Shown: one piece after another, positions 37,114 through 47,549 of the stretch | Position numbering within the stretch: the first letter of the stretch is position 1 | Layout of the letters: each line of letters opens with the position of its first letter | NCBI GenBank assembly: GCA_030704615.1 | Contig: CM060731.1 | Location: 88,102,001 to 88,166,000 of the forward strand | DNA: 64,000 nt | Source: Takakia lepidozioides | Lineage: Eukaryota > Plantae > Bryophyta | Direction of reading: 5' to 3' | Position numbers and translations under genes: made by a program | The notes under the pieces: model-generated | Seen by the model: only the letters and a program-made list of their open reading frames with translations | Told to the model about the DNA's origin: nothing | Databases searched by the model: none

Positions 37114-40100
37114 TGTCGCGCACCTCACTTCGGTAAGCTCTCCCCTCAAGTCATAGTTACTCGCTTGATGCGCGCGCCTAACTCCCAACCTGGCCGCCGG
37201 GCCAACTTGGAGCTCCGGCTGCTTACCGGGGCATAACGGTCCTCCCCTTTGATCTCCCAAAGAACCCTCCAATGATTTCGAACCAGCGGAATTCCCTTTG
37301 GTAGTTGGCAGTCCGGAACAGCTCCCCACTCTTTGGTCGCTTTCCGGCTCGCTCGCTTACTCACTAGTTTTTGGTCACCAACGGGCTTGCACCGTTCTCG
37401 GGGTTACAACTCCCTATGTATACTTCTGTAGCTGTCCGCGGGGGTTTCACAAACAACCATGCCATTTTATGGCGAACCACCACGAACACCCTCGACTCCC
37501 GGTGATGAGTCGCGGTGAGTCTTGGCCCACCCACCTCGGCCCCTATGGACCGTGATGAGTCCCAAGACTCCCCACGACTCCCACCACGAGGTCTCCGCCC
37601 CAGGGTGAGTCCTATGCCATCCCCACTAAGTCCCGCTAAGCTACCACCACCCCTTGTGGAGCCACCCCCACCGCAACCCGGTGTGTGGGGCTCCACCTAG
37701 TGAGCGCCTCTGCCTCCTTGAGTGCCTTGGGCACTCAAGGGTGCTTCAGCCCCCCATACCTATCGCTGCCACTGCCCCCACCACAGGGGCAGCCCCTTTT
37801 GTGTCCCGACCCCCTGCCCTCAAGGCAAAGGGCCGCGACACACACCCCTACCAACAGGGAGTCGATGTCCTCATCGGCTTGTCCATTTTGTGGAAACAAA
37901 CATCCAAGTTGTGGCGTCCCACATCAAGGAGTTTGTTTCCGTACCATGGCGTCCCATGGCAAAGAACCAAACCCCACACTTGACTCTACTCTCCACTAGC
38001 TAGTTCGGCCGACTTCCTCCAAGTCCCGGCCAAGGGTGGAGCCTCTCAAGCTCCTCCCAGTGCACTCTTCTTGGCCTACTTCCAGGCCAAGGAACGATCC
38101 TCCCCGAGGATCGAATCGCCTTACTGCAACAACATTGCTTGCGACCGCTCATGATGCCGCTTTTGGCACCACCTTGAGCAAGGGTTCACCTCGAACCCTC
38201 TTTGACTAGGAAGATAACCTTGAACCAACCGCGCGCCCCAATCACTACAATTGGGTCCGCCTTGGAATGCTGGCCTGAGGTACGGGAACACGCCGAAGCC
38301 GCACTACGGCTTCGTCCCGAGGCTACACGATTATAGTACGTGAACGGAAGCACGTAGCTTCCGCGTTAGCCCGCACTACAAAGCAACCCCCTCGGTAGCG
38401 CAGTTATAGTATGCGCACGCGCCAGGTGCGCACTAGCACGTGAACTCCTAAAGAAGGCGCAAGTTTCTTTGCCCCTTGGATGGGAGTCACCCGATTTCGG
38501 CACTGCGCAAACACACGATTAACCCAATTTATCTCTCCCACTTTTGTAAGCTAGCATGCATTCTACACACTAGCCAACCACACCATGCATCACCATTCCA
38601 AACAAAATAGGGCGCACAACATTTGGAACCCATTTCCTTTATAACAAATTTTTGTAGAGTACAAGTTTTTGCAATCGGATTCCTAAGCTAGCTAAGCCGG
38701 GCTAAGCATGCATTTTCTCCCCCACACTCCAAGGTTGATGTCCCCATCAACGCTTCTTCCGCTTTTGAGGTCGTCCTTCGAAAACTGCAACCGCCTCGGA
38801 TGCGTTTCCCATTTCTGAGGCACGCACCCAAGATGCCTCCACATGATGATAGCCCTTCCATTTGACGAGATACTCCGTTTCTCGGTTCTTGAACCTCCTC
38901 GATTTAAGTACTGCCTCCACCTCGTACTCAGGTTCATTTTCATGATCCAACAGCACAGGTGGCGGACGCAACACTTGATGCCGATTCGGACGCGCTTCAT
39001 CTTTGAAGTAAGGCTTCAAAAGGGAGACGTGGAATACTGGATGCACCTTGCTGTTTGCCGGCAGCTCCAATTCATACACATCCTCATTCATAACCTTCCG
39101 GATGCAAAAGGGTCCCGCATACGGAGGTACGAACTTTGGACTCACTTCCAGAGGTAGTCGGAAATTCTTGATGTTCAACCAGACCTCCGTGCCTGCCTCA
39201 AACTTGACTTCCCTCCGCTTCCGATTCGCCTGCCTTTCATACCGTTTCCTAGCTTTGGCAATGTTGTACTTTGCGAGCTTCAACAAACGCTCGCGTTCTT
39301 CCAGTACCGCCGCTACTGCCGGTTCCTCAACGTCCTCGGCGGCCCAACTTGTCGGCACCAGAGGTGCTTTTCCATAGACCAATACGAAAGGGGAAAATCC
39401 CGTTGCGGAGTGTTCTGTGTTATTATAACAGAACTCTGCCGCGTCTAAGTGTTCCACCCAGTCTGTTTGGTCTGCCGACACGTAATTCCGCAAGATCTGC
39501 TTCACTACGGAATTCACTCTTTCCGTTTGGCCGTCGGTCGTAGGTCGGAAGGCGGTGCTCATCTTCAGCCTCGTCCCCATCTTCTTCCAAAGTGCCCTCC
39601 AAAATTTACTCGTAAACTTTGGATCGCGGTCCGAGACAATATCCTTCGGGACTCCATGATGCTTTAAGACGTGGACGAAGTAAAGTCACCCTGTTTCTTG
39701 CGCCGTTGCCATCTCCTTAATGGGGATGAAATGGCCCATTTTACTGAACCTATCCACCACCACCATGATTGCATCGAATCCTTTTGACAGTGGCATATCA
39801 GTCATGAAATCCATCGAGACGTTTTCCCAAGTCCCCTCTGGAATCGGCAAGGGTTGTAACAGCCCCGCTTGCTTTTTGTACTTGCTCCGGTTTTGTTGGC
39901 ATGTGGTGCATGTCTTGACATACTCCTCTGCCTCCTCCCTCAGTTTGGGCCAGAAATACTCTTTCTTCAAGAGTGCTGCAGTGCGCTTGGCTCCGTCGTG
40001 GCCCGCAAGCGGACTATCATGGCATTCTCTCAAGAGGCTATCTCTGATCCCTCCCTTCAGCACGTAGAGACGCTTTTGCTTATACCGGAGCAGTCCATTT

Positions 40101-42260
40101 TGCAAGTGGAACTGCGATTTAACCCCCATCCTCAAGTCTTGCATCACGGACTTTGCCAGCTCATCCTTCCGGCAAGCCTTCCGGATCTTCCATTGGAGCG
40201 CCGTCTCGCCCCTATACACCAACAAGAGCTGCTGTTTTCTACTTAAAGCATCGGCCACCACGTTGTCCCGTCCCGGTTTGTACTGGATATCCACGTCGAA
40301 CACCGCCAAAGTATCTTGCCACCTAAGTTGTTTTGGGGACAACTTGGGTTGCGTGGCAAAATACTTCACCGTGACATTGTCCGTAAACACCTTCACTGGG
40401 TTGGAACCAACATAGTGGCGCCAAAGCTCAAGACAGTGCACCACCGCCTTCATCTCCTTCTCGTGCGTCGGCCACCGTCGCTCCACTTCATTCAGTTTCT
40501 TACTTTCGTAAGCCACCGGACGTCCATCTTGCATCAGTACACCCCCAATCGCGAAGTCCGATGCATCTATATGAATCTCGAACAGACGATCAAACTCTGG
40601 GATTTCAAGACTGGAGCTTCCGCCATCCGCTGCTTCAATTCAGCAAAAGCTTGGCCACAAAAGGTGTTCCATGCCCAGACTTTGGATTTACACAGAAGGT
40701 CTGATAGCGGCCCCGTGATCTTGGCGAAATTTCTCACATACTTCCGGTAATAGGAGGCGAGTCCTAGGAAGGATCGCACTCCTGAGACCGAAGTCGGAGG
40801 CTCCCAGTCCAAGATTGCCCTCACCTTCCTGTCATCCATTCTGATCCCATCCTGTGTAATCACATGCCCCAGGAACTCCATTTTTGTGACCCCGAATTTG
40901 CACTTTGAAGCTTTGGCATATAGCTTCCCTTCCCGCAATTTCTGGAACACCCTTTTGAGGTGCTCCAGGTGCTCCTCCTTTGTTTTCGAATACACCAAGA
41001 TGTCGTCGATGTACACGATCACAAAGTCATCCAACCACTCCTAGAAAAGGCTGTTCATCAGCGTGCTAAAGGTCACGGGAGCGTTGGTGAGTCCAAAAGG
41101 CATCACCAAGAACTCATATGAACCATACCTTGTCCTGCACGAGGTCTTCTCCTCATCTCCTTCCGCCACTCGAATTTGATGATAGCCGGAGCGCAGATCG
41201 ATCCGGCTGAAATACTTCGCTCTTGCCAACCGATCGAAAATGTCGTCGATCCTTGGCAAAGGGTACCGGTTTTTTATAGTCACCTTATTCAAAGCCCTGT
41301 AATCGACACACATCCGCAGCGTCCCATCCTTCTTGTCTGCGAATAGCACCGGGGCTCCATAAGGTGACTTACTCGGCCGGATGTACCCCTTTGACATTAG
41401 ATCTTTGAGCTGAGTCTTCAGCTCGACCAACTCTCTGTGGCTCAACCGTGGCTCAACCGGTAGGGCGCCTTGGCAGGCGGTTCTGATCCCGGTATCACCT
41501 CAATCTTGTGGTCAACTCCTCTTCGCGGTGGCAAGCCGCTTGGTAAATCCTCCGGCATCACATCCTGGTATTTCTCCAAAATCCCCTTGATCCAATCTGG
41601 GCTCGGCTCCCCATCGCCTTCTCCTTCACTTCTCTAATGTAAAGCAAAAACTGGGGCTCGTGTGCCTCCTCCACGGCCCACTCCCTTGCTGACAGCAGGT
41701 TTATTCGCCCTCCCACGGGCTTGGGCGTTTCCGACACACCATTCCCACATGGCAGCGTGACTACTCTCTTGCGGCCATCTATGACCGCTCCGGATTTGCT
41801 CAAAAATGTCATCCCCAAAATGAGATCCACTCCATCGATCTCGCAGATGGTAAAGTTCTCACATCCCTCCCAACTCCCCAGTTGAAGAGGAACATCAAAC
41901 GCCAACCTTGTCGCCAATTGCGGTTCTCCTTTGGCAGAACGCACCTCAATAGAGGCCCCCACGTCACTTGTTGGGAGTCCCAGCTTTTGTGCCGTTGCCG
42001 GTGTCATGAAGGAGTGCGACGCTCCTGTGTCCACCAACAACGACACGTTAGTTCCGGATATTATCCCATCCACGAACAATAACTGACTCCCTTTACGTAA
42101 GGCGCCAGTTTCCTGATACAACTCACAAGAAAATTTGCCTACCTTGCAAGTTCTGGCGACCACCGCTTCCACCAAGCGACTGATGGTATCTTCCGACAGC
42201 TCTGTGGTTGCCGGAGTCATGTTCAATTGCCGGGGCTTCGTGCACTTCTTGGCCATGTGC
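37114..42260 (-). mobile_element. Ty3 chromovirus copy B, 3' half: end of gag, PR-RT-RH-IN-chromodomain, PPT, 3' LTR 37114-37840
   Basis: Starts HMAKKC at 42260. PPT-like GGTAGGGGTGTG next to the LTR. LTR nearly identical to 28072-28797. Confidence 0.95.
38747..42260 (-). pseudogene. pol: Ty3/Gypsy pol polyprotein with C-terminal chromodomain, disrupted by stops and frameshifts
   Basis: LLVDTGASHSF (PR); [26 protein letters not shown] (RT); HDSPLAGH...CTTCQ, SMDFMTD, TDGQTERVN, GPF (IN); YEVEAVL...YLVKWKGY (chromodomain). Confidence 0.95.
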
Positions 42261-42466
42261 TGACTCTGGTATATTCATATGGACAGACACATTGTAGAAA
42301 TGAGACCTCAAATTGTAAAGAGTGGGCCAATTACGGCAGTTCTTGAACACGATGAAACACAAGCACACAGAAGTGAGGTACGATGGGTTGTTTTATTGAT
42401 CGAACACGGTGTCTCACATTTAGCAGCTCCAGACAAATCTAAGCCCTTCCTCCTTCTACATGGGTG

Positions 42467-43045
42467 TCACCAAGTCGACGGAACTTCGATACCCCTCAAA
42501 ACAAGCTCATTACTGATGCGGCATCTCGAGGTAAACTGCAATGCGGTCGATCTGGTGCCCTTGGTGGAGCTGACGACAATGTCATACCCATCAATCATAC
42601 CACCATCATACATCGACAAGGTCATTGTGGGCCTCATGTGCCCGTGCGATTCGTCTTCGCAACTCAGCCGAATGTCTCCATACACTGGAAAAGCAGAGTG
42701 AACTCCACGAATATAGTTTTCCCCGGTGCCGTCCTCCCTGGTCCATTGGCAGCAGTTCCAGCGCCAAAGTGAGGCTGTGCGTGATCTGTCCGGCATCCCA
42801 TTCCACCTTGGTATATCGAGGTCAACAATTTTCAGGACCCACGGACCGCATTGACCCTCGCCCTCACCTTGCTCAAAGCGGTAATAGCCCTCCAGATACT
42901 CCATTGCGCGCAAAGACTCCCGCTTGATTCCAGATGCGTATGTGAAAAGTGAAAGCCAGACAATGATGTCTCCTGATTGTTGTTTGAACATAGCATAATC
43001 GTGGCCATGATAAGGGCAGTCAGCAGGATTTCGGCGGCACGGCAT
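42467..43045 (-). CDS. Unknown ~190-aa protein, paralog of 43602-44165
   Basis: Intact ORF from ATG 43045, preceded by an acceptor-like TTTTCAG. Shares DCPY.G.DYAM, GDI, EYL.G.Y.FE.G, RWNCCQWT, YGDIR, GGMI, ELVLR..EVP with its neighbour. Confidence 0.75.
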   Translation of the reverse strand: MPCRRNPADCPYHGHDYAMFKQQSGDIIVWLSLFTYASGIKRESLRAMEYLEGYYRFEQGEGEGQCGPWVLKIVDLDIPRWNGMPDRSRTASLWRWNCCQWTREDGTGENYIRGVHSAFPVYGDIRLSCEDESHGHMRPTMTLSMYDGGMIDGYDIVVSSTKGTRSTALQFTSRCRISNELVLRGIEVPSTW

Positions 43046-43601
43046 CCCTGAAAAAGAGTAGCGCAGTACGCTCAATGACAGCAGCTCCCGGATGGAGGAG
43101 GTAGCAGCGCGGTGGCTGGAAGAAATTCAAGCAAACGCTGCAATTCCTCACAAATACTCCAGGGCACATTTAAATTTCCCCCCGATAGGAACCTGCAGGG
43201 ATGAAGATTGGCTCATCCATGGATGTAGCCGATTCAGTTTCCTTCCCTGCCATGCAAACTATGGGTAGTAAGTGCCAGGTGGGCCTATAGCCACTCGAGA
43301 TGACGAAGTCCATCCCCCCTTCGATGTAAATGCGGCGCCGAATTTCCATCCGGGGGATGGACTTCGGTGGCAGATTTCAAACTATACCCCGTGGATGAGA
43401 AAGAGGTATCGGTTCATCCACCGCTGGCTTGTTGAACACGTTACACGATGATTGGTGGGTACTTGTGACCCAGATGGTCCATTATTGGAGCCCGCACTGC
43501 TCTTCCGCTTCTCATCATTTCGAAAATCTAAGGGCTTCGTTGCTGTCCGCAAGGTGATTTTCATCGGCATCAAACACGTCCTCAGGTCCTCCTTTGCAAG
43601 G

Positions 43602-44165
43602 ATGTCGTGCTTCCGGAACCGGGACGACTGCCCTTATGGAGGCATCGATTATGCAATGTATTCAGCCACATTGGGAGACATCGTTATCTGGTACACAAAT
43701 TACACAGAAGATACTGGTTCGAATGTGGAAACATTGTCCGCTTTTGAGTATCTCCCAGGCCAGTACGCCTTCGAGCGGGGTGACGATCTTGGTCTGAGGA
43801 GTCCGTGGCTCATGCGCATCCTTGATTCCGATTTTCCCAGCTACGACGGGCACCCATGCAGAAGAATGCGCATTGCTATGCTGTTGCGGTGGAACTGCTG
43901 CCAGTGGACGTGGGTGGACTCCATCGGAGAGACTTATACTCCTGAAGGAGTGCGCTCATCTTCTCCATTGTATGGGGACATTCGCATTGGTGTGGACGGC
44001 GAAAACATGAAGCTTTCCATATTCAATGGTGGTATGATTGAAGGGCAGGACATTGTGGTGAACATCAACAGGGGCGGTACAACGGCTGCAATCCAGTTTA
44101 CCTGGAGGAGCCCGAAGACTCATGAGCTAGTTCTCAGAGCAGTCGAAGTCCCATTGACAACGTGA
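43602..44165 (+). CDS. Unknown ~187-aa protein, paralog of 42467-43045
   Basis: Intact ORF from ATG 43602. Same motif series in the same order. Confidence 0.75.
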   Translation: MSCFRNRDDCPYGGIDYAMYSATLGDIVIWYTNYTEDTGSNVETLSAFEYLPGQYAFERGDDLGLRSPWLMRILDSDFPSYDGHPCRRMRIAMLLRWNCCQWTWVDSIGETYTPEGVRSSSPLYGDIRIGVDGENMKLSIFNGGMIEGQDIVVNINRGGTTAAIQFTWRSPKTHELVLRAVEVPLTT

Positions 44166-44574
44166 CTTGTATTCAGAAGGCACAGGGCTAAAGATTTGTT
44201 TGCACAATCAGCACAGTAGACGTGCTTCAAATGCAATTCATGTGGATCAATAAAAACCCCATTGTGCCCTCTTTTTGTTCTATTCTGTATCCATCGTTCC
44301 CAAAATGCGTCATTCCTCATTTCGTTTGGGATTGGGAGTGTGGGTGGATTTTGCAAGTGGCTGGTAGGCTGAAATGGGCCCCCATTGTACAGATCAGTAC
44401 CACCCTACCATTCGCGAAACATTGCCTTTCAATATGTAATTCTAAAAAACATTGCCGAACCTCCTTCATCGGGAGGTCATTCTCCCCCTATGACCGTGAC
44501 ACCCTAAACCCTATTCCCGCGGACACTCATTTCCGGAAAATAGTCCTGCTCATGTTTTTTTTGACACTTACGAC

Positions 44575-44619
44575 TCTGCTCATGGCTCATGGCTCATGGC
44601 TCATGAAATAGCAGCCCCC
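44575..44619 (-). repeat. Mutator-family terminus (revcomp GGGGGCTGCTATTTCATGAGCCATGAGCCATGAGC) of the cargo element, abutting the inside of transposase M1
   Basis: Aligns with termini at 47171, 54319, 60511 and 47550. M1 coding sequence resumes at about 44620 (CCAAATTTGTTGCTAGC, as in M3). Confidence 0.7.
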
Positions 44620-47171
44620 CCAAATTTGTTGCTAGCTCATTCCAGGCTGAACACCGTGTCCTTTGTACGGCGTGGAAGGATGCACCACATTTGATGACGC
44701 GGAGGTTAAGTTTGCTATCATCGAGGCTTGGTGGAACACGTCAGGTGCAGTGGAGACAACCAATCTGGGAGCCTTGCACAGCTGGTTGGGGTGGTGGCAT
44801 TTCCGGTATCGACAGTTCGGACAGTACATGCGGGACGTATGATGCTGTCATTTTCGTGCAATTGTCTTTCTATTACGGACCTTTCCATTGGTTCCTCACC
44901 ATTGTCTGTGTCCTTGTAGGAGCGGTGCTTGGATTCCGACACGGACATGCCGAACACGAATATGGCAGAATCAGTGCACTCCTCCTGGCGAGCGTCTTCT
45001 GCCGCACATCTGGTGGACGTAGTGACGGCCACAACGGAGGACATCGACAGAGCAATCATGCAGCAAGCCACGTACTACAAGTTCCTGAGCAGGAAACAAT
45101 GGGGCTTTGGGCCGGACAGGGAGGAATTGTTGGTACGAACAGCTTCGAGGTCGAAGAATCCACTGAAATGGACGACAACATTGCGAGAGAAGATCAAAGG
45201 GACGCCTCTGCACCGCAGAGGTGAGCTCCTAGAGGGGGACGTCCGTACTTGCCCTGTGAGGCGGAGGATTGAAGAGGAACCCGGGTGCGAAGAGGATTCC
45301 TGGAGATCCGACAGGAACATTCGGACAGCACCTCGAGGGCCCGTCATGTTGCCGCACAATGTGTCTTCCAGCAGTGGAAGCCCAAGAAATTCCAGATCGC
45401 CATCGCCTTCAAGCGGGGATTCCGTGCGAGAAATTCCCACCGCTCGCTTGCCCCAGATTCCGCCCCCTGTTATGCAGTATGGCCAAGCCATTGTGGAGAC
45501 AACTATGTCTGCGTCACAGTGGAGAATTGCTCGCACAAAGCCGTCGTTTCGAGGCAGGTGTTCCGCAATTCGAGTGGATACACGGCAACGTTGTTTAGAG
45601 ATGATAAGGAGGAATCCAGATGGTGCTGTCCCTGCTCCTACTTTTACAGGAAGATTTGTCCATGCAAAGTTTGCGGAGGCGACAACCACCTAGTTCTAGT
45701 TCTGCAGGCACGACATTATGACTTGCGTGTATGGAAAGCCCAAGTACGGCATACAAACAATGCCAGAGGCTCCCCCGGTGTGGCCGGTGGAACCAGGCTG
45801 CGATCTGAGTCAGGTTGAGGCCGACGCCCTTACCGCCGCAGGATTTGGGATGGTGTAGCGCACTGACGTCCCCAAACAACCATTTCCGCTTCCACAGCCT
45901 CCACCACCGACCCCTGTGAGAGCAAGAACAATGGGACCCGACAGCTCTAAGCATCCTACACACCGTTGGGGGAAACCGAAGAGGTGGCGACCTCCCTCAA
46001 AAGTGAACAAGACGAGGATGGGGAATGCACTTCGGATGAACTGTACAATCCAGAGCTCGACAGAAGTGCCCCCACCAGGCTTCAGGCGTGTGTATCAGAT
46101 GGCCACGGCAGGCTCAGCTGTTCGCAATGAGGTGTACACCATCACCATTTCAGAATTACCCACCTGTAATTGCACCGACTTTCAGATCATGGCGAACAAG
46201 GGGGCATCATACTACCCTTGCAAGCATCTGTACTACGTGTACCTAAAGAGACTCCGGTGTAATTCCACAGCTCATCACTTCATACATGCACCAGGGTTGA
46301 GCCCCCAAGAGGTGCACACTCTTCTGAATATGGATCCAGGGGACCAGTGACCTTGGCTTGCGGTCCCAACACAATGGTACGCCCATCCTTTTCGGATAGT
46401 AGAACTGTACTGCTGCAAGTAGCTCTGACTCTGGCCACAGAAAGGTCCGACTTATGTCTTGCCTACCAGTAACCTGTTTTGCTCGAACGTCGATAATACT
46501 ATGTCATTCACTCGTGTTTCCACGTGCATGTATTTTTGTGTGTTGGAGGGTTCCTGTTTTTCTGCTCTCCCAAACTTTGCTTTCCTCATTCGACCCCCGG
46601 CAAGGAAATGCGGCGCCGCATTTCCAAGTAACGTCGTAGGTACTGGTAGATGCGGCAGTCAGCAACACCAAACCGCCCAGAAATTTCGCACGTGCGAATC
46701 CTAATGCGGCACCGCATTTCCTAGTTCACTTGCAAAACTTTCCCGCCGAATACTGGAAGATAACAGAATTGTGCAGACTCTATTGGTTCAATCGCGGCAA
46801 AAAGGTCAGCTTCATTCCAATGTTAAGGCATGTAAAACCGCGGAATACTCTATACAGGCCAGTATGCGACGTCCTTTTGTCGTGGTATACTGGATTTCTC
46901 GTTGCACGGTCACTCATTTCCATGAGCGGATCTAAAAAACCATGAGCGGAGTTGTTACTGACGACATATCTTTGCCGCATTACAAGATCCGTAACTTCCA
47001 AAAACGGCAAGGTCAAATATAAAACTATTATTTTAATACTTGTTTAATCTGCCGCATTTCCAAATTTGGAGGAGTCCGCTCATGAAATCCGCGTGTCTTA
47101 GACTTCGGCTCACCGCTCATGCGGCTCATGGATCATGGCTCATGGTTTCTGCTCATGAAATAGTAAACCTC
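44620..47171 (+). mobile_element. Mutator-like element M1, 5'-truncated (transposase C-terminal half to 46350 with SWIM finger; terminus at 47171)
   Basis: WWHFRYRQF, intron, TNMAESVHSSW, SWIM PTCNCTDF...CKHLYYVYLK. Ends GAAATAGTAAACCTC. Inverted near-copy of 60511-63080. Confidence 0.85.
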
Positions 47172-47549
47172 AAGACCGAGAGAAGACCACATTCATCATT
47201 TCCGTCCAATACGCACTTGTATTACCAGTATTGCTTCATCGTATTCTGGAGCTCGTGGTATACTCGTGGGTTTAATCGTGTACACCTTTGGTGCTGGCTT
47301 TGGTTTCGGTGTAGGGGTCAAAGCCTCAATCGCTTGAAATAACGTTTCCTTGCAGTGTGGGGCAATTTTCAGTAATTCTCCAATGGTAATTTGAGTCTTG
47401 GTCTGGCATATTACTTCAGCCAATGTTGTCTCCGTGGTTTCATTCGTGGTCTTAGTCGTTGGTCTGATCTGATTATCTGGAGTTGGATCTCCCAAAGGTA
47501 TATGAGTTCCTTCTTGTAATTGAGCTATGACCTTGCTTACTTCCTGGTG
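47172..47549 (-). mobile_element. Fragment of another retrotransposon gag-protease linker between M1 and M4
   Basis: QITIGELLKIAPHCKE...ILVIQVRIGRK resembles the Ty3 region just before the aspartic protease. Confidence 0.5.

Noticed and set aside
28072-37840. Inversion by recombination between the two inverted LTRs, or a DIRS-like element with inverted LTRs
   Set aside because: The breakpoints map to the gag Zn knuckle (29872/42260), the element has a DDE integrase, and the TSD shows an ordinary Ty3 insertion.
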